From: Actinomycetota bacterium
GTDB lineage: Bacteria > Actinomycetota > UBA4738 > JACQTL01
Direction: 5' to 3'
Assembly: GCA_036394995.1 (NCBI GenBank)
Contig: DASWED010000125.1
Location: 341-64,340 of the forward strand
DNA length: 64,000 nucleotides
Below are positions 36,017-44,728 of the stretch, one piece after another. How positions within the stretch are numbered: position 1 is the first letter of the stretch; every line of letters begins with the position of its first letter. The position numbers were made by a program, and so were the translations under genes. The notes below the pieces were generated by a model. It was given only the letters and a program-made list of their open reading frames with translations. It ran no database searches and was not told the origin of the DNA.

Positions 36017-37405
36017 CTAGCCGACGGAGCGCAGGACCACGATGGCGACGTCGTCCCGGAGGACCCCGCCCTGGAACTCGATCACGGCGTCCTCCAGGTG
36101 TGCGGCGATGTCCGAGGCGCTACGGCCGGCGAGGGGCTCGAGCATCCTCGCCACCCGGTCCTCGGTCATGACCTTGCCCTTCGACGGGGTTCCGATGACG
36201 CCGTCCGTGTACAGGATCATGGCGTCCCCGTGCTCCAGGTTGGCCAGCTCGTCGTCAAGCTCGGGGTCGGGGAACACCCCGAGGAGGGTCCCGGCGTGCC
36301 CCACGGACTCGACCAGGCCGTTGCGGCGGAGGATCACCGGTGGCGGGTGGCCGCCGCAGGCCACCGTGAGCCTGGCCCCGGAGTCGGTGAGCCGCATCCG
36401 CACGAACGTGACCGTGCAGAACCGGGCGTCGTCGCGCTGCTGGCGGAGGGCCTCGTTCAGCGTGTCCAGGATCCGGCTGGGACGGCGCTGCCGCATGGCC
36501 GCCGCCCGGACCGTGTAGCGGGCCTGGCCGGTGACGGCCGCCGCCTCGGGCCCCTTCCCGCACACGTCGCCGATGACGACCGCCCATCCCCGGTCGTCGG
36601 TCTCGAACAGGTCGTAGAAGTCGCCGCCCACCTCGTTGCCCTCGCCCGCGGCGTGGTACCGGGCCGCCACCTCGAACCCAGGGACGTCGGGCAGCTCGCG
36701 GGGCAGGAGGCTGGCCTGCAGCGCCCGGGCCACCCGGGTCCGCTCCCCGTACAGCCGAGCGTTGTCGGCGGCGAGGGCCGCCCGCCGGGCCAGGTCCTCC
36801 GCCAGCCCCACCTCGGCCTGGTCGAACGAACGCTCGGGCGACGTCGACACCAGCGTGATGGCCCCGAGGATCCGGCCCCGGGCCAGCAGGGGGAGGCATA
36901 TGAACGACCGGAATCCCAGCTCGTTGACCAGTCGGAAGTGCTCCTCGTCGCGGGTCGTGGCGCGGAGGGACTCCGGTCCGAACGCACCGAACCGGGATCG
37001 TCCCGTCTTCATGACGTCGACGCTCGGATGGGGGCCCGCCGGGTCGGGGGGGTAGCGGTCCCGCAGGACGTCCGCGACGGGCTGGAGCATGGGGTCGGCG
37101 TGCGCGGCGGCCATCCTCCGGACCGCGCCGGACGGGTCCAGCACGTCGATCAGGCACACGTCGGCCAGGCCCGACACGGCCAGCCTTGCCAGCCGCTCCA
37201 GGGTCTGTTCGAAATCGAGCGACGCCCCCAGCAGCGAGCTCGCCTCCAGGAGGAAGTCCAGGCGCTGCCGGGTGGCCTCGGCCTCGGCCAGCGCGATGTC
37301 CCGGGCCGCCAGGAACTCGTCCTTCTCCGCCGCGGTGGCCCGGAGCTCGTCCTCGATCCGTCTGAGCTCTGCGGGATCCGCGGTGCGCTCGGTCCCCGTG
37401 CTCAC
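36017..37405 (-). CDS. GAF-domain PP2C (SpoIIE/RsbU-type) Ser phosphatase
   Basis: An N-terminal coiled coil, a GAF-like core (CLIDVLD..SFICLPLLARGRILGAITLVS), then LQASLLP..GGDFYDLF..VVIGDVCGKG..ILYTDGV. Confidence 0.85.
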   Translation of the reverse strand: MSTGTERTADPAELRRIEDELRATAAEKDEFLAARDIALAEAEATRQRLDFLLEASSLLGASLDFEQTLERLARLAVSGLADVCLIDVLDPSGAVRRMAAAHADPMLQPVADVLRDRYPPDPAGPHPSVDVMKTGRSRFGAFGPESLRATTRDEEHFRLVNELGFRSFICLPLLARGRILGAITLVSTSPERSFDQAEVGLAEDLARRAALAADNARLYGERTRVARALQASLLPRELPDVPGFEVAARYHAAGEGNEVGGDFYDLFETDDRGWAVVIGDVCGKGPEAAAVTGQARYTVRAAAMRQRRPSRILDTLNEALRQQRDDARFCTVTFVRMRLTDSGARLTVACGGHPPPVILRRNGLVESVGHAGTLLGVFPDPELDDELANLEHGDAMILYTDGVIGTPSKGKVMTEDRVARMLEPLAGRSASDIAAHLEDAVIEFQGGVLRDDVAIVVLRSVG

Positions 37406-37565
37406 GGGGAGCCCTCCGCCGAGAGCCCGGGCGGAAGCGACGTCAGGGTGAGGGGGCGAACGATCATCGGCTCCACGAGGTCATCTGCCCGGCGCGTCCC
37501 ACGGGCCGGGGGGGAGATGCGTCGAATGGATCCGGCCCCGCCGCTGGCCTCGAAGGTGCCCGCGT

Positions 37566-37582
37566 GGCGCCCAACGGGCGCC
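37566..37582 (-). terminator. Short GC hairpin ~47 nt downstream of the whiB-like stop
   Basis: GGCGCCC-aac-GGGCGCC: 7-bp stem, 3-nt loop. Confidence 0.25.
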
Positions 37583-37628
37583 CGGGCAAGTGTACCGAAC
37601 GGGGTCCCGGTGCGAGCGCGCCCGAGGA

Positions 37629-37886
37629 TCAGCCCGTGACCACCATGCGGTGGGACCGGCGACGGGACCTCCGGAGGGCCCGTCGTTCGTCCTCGGACAG
37701 TCCTCCCCACACGCCCGCCTCCTGGCCGGTCTCCATGGCCCACTCCAGGCACTCGGGACGGACGTCGCACCGGACGCACACGGCCTTGGCGGCCTCGATC
37801 TGGACGGCGGCCTGCCCCGTGGAGCCGATCGGGAAGAACAGCTCGGGGTCCTCGTTGCGGCAGCGTGCGTGGTGGACCCAGTCCAT
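37629..37886 (-). CDS. whiB1: WhiB-family Fe-S transcription factor, WhiB1-like
   Basis: ATG 37886 after GGGGGAGGGG. MDWVHHARCRNEDPELFFPIGSTGQAAVQIEAAKAVCVRCDVRPECLEWAMETGQEAGVWGGLSEDERRALRR has four Cys and the GVWGG turn, and is near-colinear with mycobacterial WhiB1. Confidence 0.9.
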   Translation of the reverse strand: MDWVHHARCRNEDPELFFPIGSTGQAAVQIEAAKAVCVRCDVRPECLEWAMETGQEAGVWGGLSEDERRALRRSRRRSHRMVVTG

Positions 37887-37965
37887 CGACCCCTCCCCCG
37901 ACTCTGCGCCAATGGTCGGCGATTCCGGCACGCCGACCCCCCCAACCGGGCGGCGCGAGGGCGCG

Positions 37966-37973
37966 AGTATACT
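37966..37973. promoter_or_regulatory. Palindromic AGTATACT, which reads as a TATACT -10 hexamer on both strands, between the divergent whiB1-like and GDPD genes
   Basis: This is the only AT-rich element in the 37887-37994 intergenic region. It lies ~22 nt upstream of the GDPD ATG and ~80 nt upstream of the whiB1-like ATG. Confidence 0.3.
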
Positions 37974-37994
37974 GACCCCCTCTTCGCACACGCA

Positions 37995-38780
37995 ATGGCT
38001 ACGCTCGATTTCCCCTCCGAATCCAGGCCCCTCGTCGTCGCGCACCGCGGGGCATCCGCGACATACCCGGAAAACACCCTCGAATCGTTTGCCGCGGCCA
38101 TCGAATCCGGGGCCCAGGCCGTGGAGTTCGACGTCCGGATGTCCGCGGACGGCGTGGCGGTGGTCATGCACGACCCGGACGTCTCGCGAAGCACCGACGG
38201 GACCGGGCTGGTCCACGAGCTGACCGTGGCGGAGCTGAAGCGGCTGGACGCATCGGGTGGACGGGAGGACCGGGCGGAGGTTCCGACGCTCCGGGAGGTC
38301 CTGGAGCTGTGCTCCGGCCGCATCGGTGTCGACCTCGAGATCAAGAACATCCCCGGCGAGCCTGGGTTCGACTCGCCCCGGGAGGCCGCGGCGGAAGCCG
38401 CGCTGCGGGACCTCGAGGGGAGCGGCTTCTCCGGGCCCGTGCTGATCTCGTCGTTCAACTGGCTGTCCATCGAACGGTGCCGGGAGCTGGCCCCGGGCGT
38501 CCCCACCGGGTTCCTGACCATCGGGGCCATGGATCCCGCCGAGGCGTTCGCGTACGCCCGGGGTGCCGGCCATCCATGGGTCCTCCCGCATGCGGCGGCG
38601 CTGCTCCCCGCCGGCGCCGGGTTCGTCGAGCGGGTCCACCGGGCGGGGATGTTCGTCGGGACGTGGGTGGTGGACGACCCGGACACCATGACGCGGCTGT
38701 TCGCCATGGACGTCGACGCCGTGGCCACGAACGACCCCGCGCTCGGGGTGGAGGTCAGGGCGGCGGCCCGGTCGGGCTGA
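37995..38780 (+). CDS. Glycerophosphodiester phosphodiesterase family protein
   Basis: ATG 37995. LVVAHRGASATYPENTLESFAAAIESGAQAVEFDVRMSADGVAVVMHD..VPTLREVL..DLEIK. Confidence 0.85.
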   Translation: MATLDFPSESRPLVVAHRGASATYPENTLESFAAAIESGAQAVEFDVRMSADGVAVVMHDPDVSRSTDGTGLVHELTVAELKRLDASGGREDRAEVPTLREVLELCSGRIGVDLEIKNIPGEPGFDSPREAAAEAALRDLEGSGFSGPVLISSFNWLSIERCRELAPGVPTGFLTIGAMDPAEAFAYARGAGHPWVLPHAAALLPAGAGFVERVHRAGMFVGTWVVDDPDTMTRLFAMDVDAVATNDPALGVEVRAAARSG

Positions 38781-38794
38781 CGGTTGGGTCAGCC
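38775..38794. terminator. Hairpin spanning both stop codons of the convergent GDPD and sigF-like genes
   Basis: GGCTGAC-ggttgg-GTCAGCC: 7-bp stem. Confidence 0.3.
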
Positions 38795-39538
38795 GGCCAG
38801 GCCGTCCCGGAGGTTCGCCAGCGTCTTCGCCAGCAGCCGGGAGACGTGCATCTGGGAGATCCCGAGCTTGTCGGCGATCTCGCTCTGGGTCATGCCCTTG
38901 AAGAACCGGAGGTACAGCATGGCCCGTTCCCGCGGAGGGAGCTGGTCCAGCAGGGGCGTGAGACTGGTCCGGTACTCCAGGAGCTCCAGCGTCTCGTCCT
39001 CGGAGCCGATCTGGTCCCGCAGGGCCAGATCCTCGTCCCCGGACGGCGCGTCGAGCGAGGTCAGGGTGTAGGCGTGGGCGGACTCCAGGCCCTCGAGGAC
39101 CTCGTCCTCGGTGGTCCCGGCGGCCTGGGCCATCTCGGCCACGGTGGGGGCCCGCCCGAGCTCCTGGGACAGCTTGCCCGTGATCTCGCCCAGCTGGAGG
39201 TTCAGCTCCTGCAGGCGGCGGGGGACCCGGACGGCCCACCCCTTGTCGCGGAAGTGCCGCTTCAGCTCGCCCACGATGGTCGGGGTGGCGTACGTCGAGA
39301 ACTCCACAGCGCGGTCGGGGTCGAACCTGTCCACGGCCTTGATCAGCCCGATCGTGGCGACCTGGATGAGGTCCTCGAGCGGCTCCCCCCGGCCGGCGAA
39401 CCGACGGGCCAGGTACTCCACGAGCCCCAGGTGCGCCTCGATGAGCTCCTGGCGGATCTCGGGGTCCTCGTTCGCCCGGAACTGCCGGAACAGCTCCTTG
39501 ACGTAGTCGCGGTCGGGGACGCCTCGTCTGAACGTCAA
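38789..39538 (-). CDS. sigF: SigB/SigF/SigG-family (group 3) sigma factor, SigF-like
   Basis: TTG 39538, 2 nt after the upstream stop. LARRFAGRGEPLEDLIQVATIGLIKAVDRFD..PTIVGELKRHFRDKGWAVRVPRRLQEL..GISQMHVSRLLAKTLANLR closely parallels mycobacterial SigF. Confidence 0.85.
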   Translation of the reverse strand: MTFRRGVPDRDYVKELFRQFRANEDPEIRQELIEAHLGLVEYLARRFAGRGEPLEDLIQVATIGLIKAVDRFDPDRAVEFSTYATPTIVGELKRHFRDKGWAVRVPRRLQELNLQLGEITGKLSQELGRAPTVAEMAQAAGTTEDEVLEGLESAHAYTLTSLDAPSGDEDLALRDQIGSEDETLELLEYRTSLTPLLDQLPPRERAMLYLRFFKGMTQSEIADKLGISQMHVSRLLAKTLANLRDGLAG

Positions 39539-39540
39539 GC

Positions 39541-39915
39541 TCAGCCCCCCGTTCTGGCCACCGAGAGCGACAGGGTGGTCGAGCCGTCCGCGAGATCCGG
39601 GCGGATGTCGCGGGCGATTGCTTCCAGGATCACCCGCGACCACTCGGACAGCAGCTCCCGTCCCGTCCGTCGCGGGCCCTCGGTCCGGGCGATCAGGTCG
39701 ATGCCCTGCTCCGCCGGGCGCAGCTCCATCGTGATGTGGGTGGGGGTCTCGGTGACGGCCATCAGGCGCGAGCACACCTCGTCGACCACGATCTGCAATT
39801 CCGTGATGCGGTCGATGGGAAAGTCCATCCGGGCGGCCAGCGCGGAGGCCGCAGCTCGCAGGAGCGCCACGTGGGAGGTGTCGCCCGGGATCCGGACCGT
39901 GACGGTGTCTGACAT
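39541..39915 (-). CDS. UsfX/RsbW-like anti-sigma-F factor
   Basis: 124 aa. VALLRAAASALAARMDFPIDRITELQIVVDEVCSRL matches the UsfX pattern (..LRLAVDEVCTRL..). It sits immediately upstream of the sigF-like gene. Confidence 0.65.
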   Translation of the reverse strand: MSDTVTVRIPGDTSHVALLRAAASALAARMDFPIDRITELQIVVDEVCSRLMAVTETPTHITMELRPAEQGIDLIARTEGPRRTGRELLSEWSRVILEAIARDIRPDLADGSTTLSLSVARTGG

Positions 39916-39996
39916 CCGGCCGCATTCTACGGGAGGCCCGGGGATCCGGTTTCCGGCGGGAGAAACGGCGGGGCCCGGCCGCTATCCTGGGGCGCT

Positions 39997-40392
39997 GTGT
40001 TCCGGCGGAAGCGACTGCCCGCGGATCTCGAGGGGCCCTACGAGGGCTTCCTGGAGGTCCTGCGGCGCGTGGAGGAGGCCAAGGAGGCCCTGGTGACGGC
40101 CGTCCCGATGGCCCGGAATCCCGGCCGGCCCCTGGCCGACGGGCTGGCCGAGTACCAGGCCGGGCTGGAGGACGCCCGGGACCACATGATCAGGTGGCGG
40201 GCCCCCGTGGTCGAGCGGCACTGGGATGCCTGCCGGGATGGGCTGGACCGCGCGCTGAAGGTCGCCGAACGGTTCCGCCTGGACACCCCGGACCTGCCGT
40301 TCGACGCGCTGATGTTCGGCCTCCAGGACCTCATGGCCCCACTCGACGTGTTCGAACAGGCCGAGCAGGCCTTCCGCCGCCTCCGCCGCTGA
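39997..40392 (+). CDS. Hypothetical helical protein
   Basis: 131 aa, GTG start, consistently high GC3. I recognised no family motif. Confidence 0.5.
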   Translation: MFRRKRLPADLEGPYEGFLEVLRRVEEAKEALVTAVPMARNPGRPLADGLAEYQAGLEDARDHMIRWRAPVVERHWDACRDGLDRALKVAERFRLDTPDLPFDALMFGLQDLMAPLDVFEQAEQAFRRLRR

Positions 40393-40427
40393 CGCGTCCG
40401 TCCGGGGGCCCGGGGCCGGGCACGCGT

Positions 40428-40460
40428 GAGGGGGCGGCGCCATGGACGCGCCGCCCCCTC
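40428..40460. terminator. Perfect 13-bp hairpin between convergent genes (bidirectional terminator candidate)
   Basis: GAGGGGGCGGCGC-catggac-GCGCCGCCCCCTC. Confidence 0.6.
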
Positions 40461-40480
40461 GACGAACCCCCGCCCAGGGG

Positions 40481-42136
40481 CTACTCCCTGGCGAAGTAGA
40501 TGAACTGGAGGTACCGGCCGAGCGGCGCGTAGAGGTCACGCATGTCGGTCCACACCATGTTCACCGACCCGTCCGAGCCGTACTCGATGTTGTTGTAGTC
40601 CCCCTCGAACCGGGTGCACCTCTTGCATCCCGGCGCGAAGGCCCTGAAGAACACCGAGTTCCTCGTGTGCGACGGGGCGGTCGTGACCTCGTGCTGCGCG
40701 AACGCGGCGCCGCCGGCCGGGCTCTCGGCCAGCGTGGTCCCGTGCGGTCGGAAATGCGTCGTGTAGGAGCGGTCGAAGAAGAGGACCCCCACCGTCCCGT
40801 CCACGGGGTTCACGTCGACCCACGGGTAGTACTGGTCGTTCCCGGCGCCCTCGTCCGCGGGGTTGACCTGCGCCGGGGCGGTCCACGTGTCGCCGCCGTT
40901 GACCGAGGACACGATGAAGACATCGGTGTTCGTGACCGGGTCGTCCACGTCGTGGGTCCCGTTGCGGTTGTCCGAGAACACGAAGTACAGCCGCCCGTTC
41001 AGCGTGGGGTCGGCGACGACGCCCGCACTGCTCGACACGCGCATCTGCTGATTCGAGAGCGTCTGGCGTCCGTTCACGTTGATCGGGAAGTCGCGGCTGC
41101 CGTCCTCGAGCCCGGCGATCTGCACCGGGTCCGACCACGTCCCGCCGCCGTTCGAGGACTTCACCAGGAGGAACTGGTCGTCGAACACCTCACCGGACTC
41201 CCAGAGGCCCTCGTTCTGCTCGTTGACGTACGACACGTAGACGGTCCCGTCCGGCCCCACCGTGGGGACGCCGAACTGGTCCTCGTCGCACTCGCTCGCC
41301 GGGCCGTCCTCCTGGTACGTGCACAGGGAGGCGTTCGAGCCGGAGATCTCCTGCGGCGTGCTCCAGTTGAACCCGCCGTCCGTGGAGTGGGCCTCCCAGA
41401 TCGGCGACTCCAGCACGTGGCCGGCGGACGAGAGGAATGCGGTCCACACGAGGTACGAGGTGCCGTAGTGGTCGGACTCCGGGTTGTTGTCCGTGGTGAT
41501 CCACTCCTTGTCGTTGAACAACCCGTCATCCTCGCACTGGCTCGGGCCGCCGGCATCGGCGACCTGGACGACCGTGTTCCACTTCTTGCCCCCGTCCTGC
41601 GAGATCGACGCGACGACGTCGCCGTCGCAGGCGTCGTTCAGGAAGTTGAGCGACGAGTGGATGACCGTCCCGTTCTTCACGTCGAAGGTGGTCACGGGGT
41701 CGGACCCGGTCCGCTTGTTCTGGCCGGGAGCTTCGACGGACATGTCGCCGACATACCAGGTCTTGCCGCCGTTGAACGTCGTGTAGAAGGCGTCACAGCA
41801 CTGGTCGTAGTCGTTCGACGACCCGACCATGTTCATCGGGTCGGCCGGGTTCACGGCGATGTCCGGCTCGTTGTTCGGCAGTATCGTGTCGCAGTCGAGC
41901 TTGAGGTTCGCCGCCCCGCTCGCGTTGTTGGTCTTGCACTGGATCTGCGAGGCGGAGTCTCCCGGGTTCAGGTCGGCGCTCTGCGCCTTCTGCTTCAGGT
42001 GCAGGCTCTCCAGGGCCAGCGGACTGAAATGGCTGCGCGGCGTGGCCCTGGTGGCGCCGGGCGCCGCCGTCGCCCATTGCGACACAGCCAGGGCCATCCC
42101 CACGGCCAGCACAGCAGCGATCCGGAGTCTTCTCAT
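40481..42136 (-). CDS. Secreted BNR/Asp-box repeat protein (sialidase-like beta-propeller), paralog-type of 2367..3809
   Basis: ATG 42136 after GGGGAGGG. Signal peptide MRRLRIAAVLAVGMALAVSQWATAA. Asp-boxes SQDGGKKW, STDGGFNW, SSNGGGTW and SVNGGDTW. It is N/D/S/T-rich and visibly less GC-rich than its neighbours. Confidence 0.8.
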   Translation of the reverse strand: MRRLRIAAVLAVGMALAVSQWATAAPGATRATPRSHFSPLALESLHLKQKAQSADLNPGDSASQIQCKTNNASGAANLKLDCDTILPNNEPDIAVNPADPMNMVGSSNDYDQCCDAFYTTFNGGKTWYVGDMSVEAPGQNKRTGSDPVTTFDVKNGTVIHSSLNFLNDACDGDVVASISQDGGKKWNTVVQVADAGGPSQCEDDGLFNDKEWITTDNNPESDHYGTSYLVWTAFLSSAGHVLESPIWEAHSTDGGFNWSTPQEISGSNASLCTYQEDGPASECDEDQFGVPTVGPDGTVYVSYVNEQNEGLWESGEVFDDQFLLVKSSNGGGTWSDPVQIAGLEDGSRDFPINVNGRQTLSNQQMRVSSSAGVVADPTLNGRLYFVFSDNRNGTHDVDDPVTNTDVFIVSSVNGGDTWTAPAQVNPADEGAGNDQYYPWVDVNPVDGTVGVLFFDRSYTTHFRPHGTTLAESPAGGAAFAQHEVTTAPSHTRNSVFFRAFAPGCKRCTRFEGDYNNIEYGSDGSVNMVWTDMRDLYAPLGRYLQFIYFARE

Positions 42137-42250
42137 CGACACCCTCCCCTGGGCAGTTGGACGAGGGTTGTATAGCACGAACGGTGCTCGAAGACGAAAC
42201 AGCATGAACCCCCCGGGGGGCCGGCGGACAGCGTGCCGGAGCCGGGCCGG

Positions 42251-42982
42251 CTACCCGGAGCGCTGCGGGCGAGGGGCCCTGGCGGCGCCGGGGTCGATGC
42301 CCTTCCAGACGGTCCGGACGAGCTCGATGGCGTAGTGCCCGTCGTCGAGGACGCCGCCGTCGCGGTGGGTGACCTGGCCCGCCTCTCCCACCAGCTCGAC
42401 GAGCACGGCATGGGCGAAGCACGTCCCCAACACGAGGCGGGCCGCCATCTCGGGGGAGGCGTGCCGGTCGATCCGGCCCAGTCGCTGCTCCGCCCGGAGG
42501 TACCCGGTGAGCGCCCGGATGGCCCGCAGCGGGCCGCCCTCCTTGCGCTCCCAGTCGGCCCGCTGGCCCTCGAGGAGCTCGGGATCCGCCAGGTGCGCGG
42601 CGATCATCGGCACGATCGACCGGTGGAACTCCAGCGCGGAGACCGCGAAGTCCTCCAGGGTGTCGCGGACCGTCCCCTGTCCGGCCCGGCCCGGGAGGGA
42701 GTCCACCATGGCCGCCCAGCCCTCGAACCGGCCCATGACGACGGCGTGGAGGAGGGCGTGCTTGTCCGGGAAGTAGCGGTAGATGCTCCCCTCGGCGCAC
42801 TCCGCCCGTACCGCGATGGCCCGGGTGGTGGCGGCGAGGACCCCTCGCTCCGCGATGATCTGGGCGGTGGCCTGGACGATGCGCTCGCGGGGCCCGAGGC
42901 GGGCGACGGCGACCGCACCGGGACCGCCCTGCGCCGCCTCGAGCGGGTCCCTCGGAGGAGTCTCAGTGGCCACCGGCGGCAT
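42251..42982 (-). CDS. TetR family transcriptional regulator
   Basis: RERIVQATAQIIAERGVLAATTRAIAVRAECAEGSIYRYFPDKHALL is a TetR HTH. Its start overlaps the MFS stop by 20 nt. Confidence 0.85.
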   Translation of the reverse strand: MPPVATETPPRDPLEAAQGGPGAVAVARLGPRERIVQATAQIIAERGVLAATTRAIAVRAECAEGSIYRYFPDKHALLHAVVMGRFEGWAAMVDSLPGRAGQGTVRDTLEDFAVSALEFHRSIVPMIAAHLADPELLEGQRADWERKEGGPLRAIRALTGYLRAEQRLGRIDRHASPEMAARLVLGTCFAHAVLVELVGEAGQVTHRDGGVLDDGHYAIELVRTVWKGIDPGAARAPRPQRSG

Positions 42983-44561
42983 CCTCTCCCGCCCCGACGT
43001 GGCTCCGGACGAAGATCGCCGACACCACCGAGGCGAGCACGGCGAATCCCACCGCGACCAGGAACGCGATGTGGATGGAGTGCGTGAACGAGACCCGGAC
43101 CGCCTCCTGGACGGTGTGCACGACCTGGGGCGAGGTCCCGGGAGGCGGCGCCACCGCGTGCGTCGAGCCCGACGCCGCAGCGGAGCCGGCCTTGTCCACG
43201 ATCGCGTTGGCCGTCCGGGTCGGGAACCCAGCGTCCACCAGGCGGGCCAGGAAGGACCGCTTGAACGACGATGTCACCACGGCTCCGAGCAGGGCGATAC
43301 CGAACACCCCCCCCAGCTCCCGGCTCGTGTTCGTGGCCGCCGAGGCCACGCCGGCCCGCTGGACGGGGACGCTCGCCATCACCGCGGCGGTCATCGGAGC
43401 CATGGTCGAGGCCATCCCGGCGCCCATGACCACCATGGAGGGCAGGATCACCCACATGTAGGACGAGTCCGGCTGGAGGCGAAGGGCCAGGGCCAGCCCG
43501 GTTCCCAGGGTCAGCGTCCCGAACGTCATGAACCACCGGGAGCCGAACCGGTCGGACAGCCGGCCGGCCACCGGCGCGATGAGGAGGATCATCACGGTGA
43601 ACGGGAACAGCCGGACCCCCGCGCCGATGGGGGAGAAGCCCCGGACGTTCTGGAGGTACAGCGACAGGAAGAACGTCGACCCGAACAGGGCGAAGAACAC
43701 CGAGGCCGCGACGACGTTCGCCGCGGCGAACGTGGGGATCCGGAAGAACGCCAGGGGGAGCATCGGGTACTCGCGGCGCGACTCGATGACGAAGAACGTC
43801 ACCAGCAGGACCGCCGACAGGGCGAACGAGCCGAGGATCACCCCGTCGGTCCATCCTCGATCGTTCCCCTCGATGAGGGCGTAGACCAGGAAGAACAGGC
43901 CGGAGGTCCCCGTGATCAGGCCCGGCGGATCGAGCCGGCGGGAGCGCGACTGGTCGCGGGATTCACGGACCACGATCCAGGCCAGGGTCGCGCCGACGAA
44001 CCCGATCGGGACGTTCACGAAGAAGATGCTCTGCCAGCTGACGTGTTCGACCAGCCACCCCCCGATGAGCGGACCCAGGGCGATGGCCAGCCCCGACATG
44101 GCGGCCCAGATGCCGATGGCCGCCCCCCGCTCCTTGCCGGTGAACGTCGCCGTGATGATCGAGAGCGTCCCGGGCAGGAGCATCGCCGCCCCGAGTCCCT
44201 GGACGGCCCGGAACGCGATGAGCTGGTCGATGCTCTGGGACAGCCCGCAGGCCAGTGAGCCCAGGACGAACACGCCCAGGCCGGTCAGGAAGAAGCGCTT
44301 GCGCCCGTACAGGTCGCCGAGCGCGCCGCCGGTGAGCATGAACGACGCGAACGTCAGGGTGTAGGCGTCGATGATCCACTGGAGCCCCGACACGCCGGAT
44401 CCCAGCTTGTCCTGGATCGTGGGCAGCGCCACGTTCACCACGAGGTTGTCGAGCATGGGCATGAACAGCCCGAACACCATCGCGACGAGGACCCACCACT
44501 TCCGTCCGTCGGCCGGCGGGGCCGTCGCGTCCGATGAGGTCCTCTGCAAGGTCCTCGCCAT
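42963..44561 (-). CDS. MFS transporter, DHA2 (EmrB/QacA, 14-TMS) drug-efflux type
   Basis: ATG 44561 after AAGGAGGA. WWVLVAMVFGLFMPMLDNLVVNVALPTI..GALGDLYGRKRFF..FRAVQGLGAAM. Confidence 0.85.
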   Translation of the reverse strand: MARTLQRTSSDATAPPADGRKWWVLVAMVFGLFMPMLDNLVVNVALPTIQDKLGSGVSGLQWIIDAYTLTFASFMLTGGALGDLYGRKRFFLTGLGVFVLGSLACGLSQSIDQLIAFRAVQGLGAAMLLPGTLSIITATFTGKERGAAIGIWAAMSGLAIALGPLIGGWLVEHVSWQSIFFVNVPIGFVGATLAWIVVRESRDQSRSRRLDPPGLITGTSGLFFLVYALIEGNDRGWTDGVILGSFALSAVLLVTFFVIESRREYPMLPLAFFRIPTFAAANVVAASVFFALFGSTFFLSLYLQNVRGFSPIGAGVRLFPFTVMILLIAPVAGRLSDRFGSRWFMTFGTLTLGTGLALALRLQPDSSYMWVILPSMVVMGAGMASTMAPMTAAVMASVPVQRAGVASAATNTSRELGGVFGIALLGAVVTSSFKRSFLARLVDAGFPTRTANAIVDKAGSAAASGSTHAVAPPPGTSPQVVHTVQEAVRVSFTHSIHIAFLVAVGFAVLASVVSAIFVRSHVGAGEDAAGGH

Positions 44562-44624
44562 CCGTGTCCTCCTTGCAGTCTCGTGGGGGCGCCTCGCCCC
44601 GCATCCCGCCGCCGGTGGCGCGAC

Positions 44625-44660
44625 TGAGTGAGCGCTCACTCATTGTGAGTGCGCACTCAC
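44625..44660. promoter_or_regulatory. Two adjacent perfect palindromes (operator candidates) in the divergent MFS-TetR / MarR-MFS intergenic region
   Basis: TGAGTGAGC|GCTCACTCA (44625-44642, 18 bp) and GTGAGTGC|GCACTCAC (44645-44660, 16 bp). They share the half-site GAGTG(A)GC. Confidence 0.55.
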
Positions 44661-44728
44661 TCACTCGTCAAATCCAGCTCCCGCCTGGTCCGGTTGTCGC
44701 TGCGGTCGACCTCTGAGATAGTTGCGCG

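Noticed and set aside
37887-37994. A CRP/Cmr binding site in the whiB1-like promoter
   Set aside because: The nearest candidate, GTGTGCGAAGAGGGGGTCAG, does not fit TGTGA-N6-TCACA spacing or sequence.
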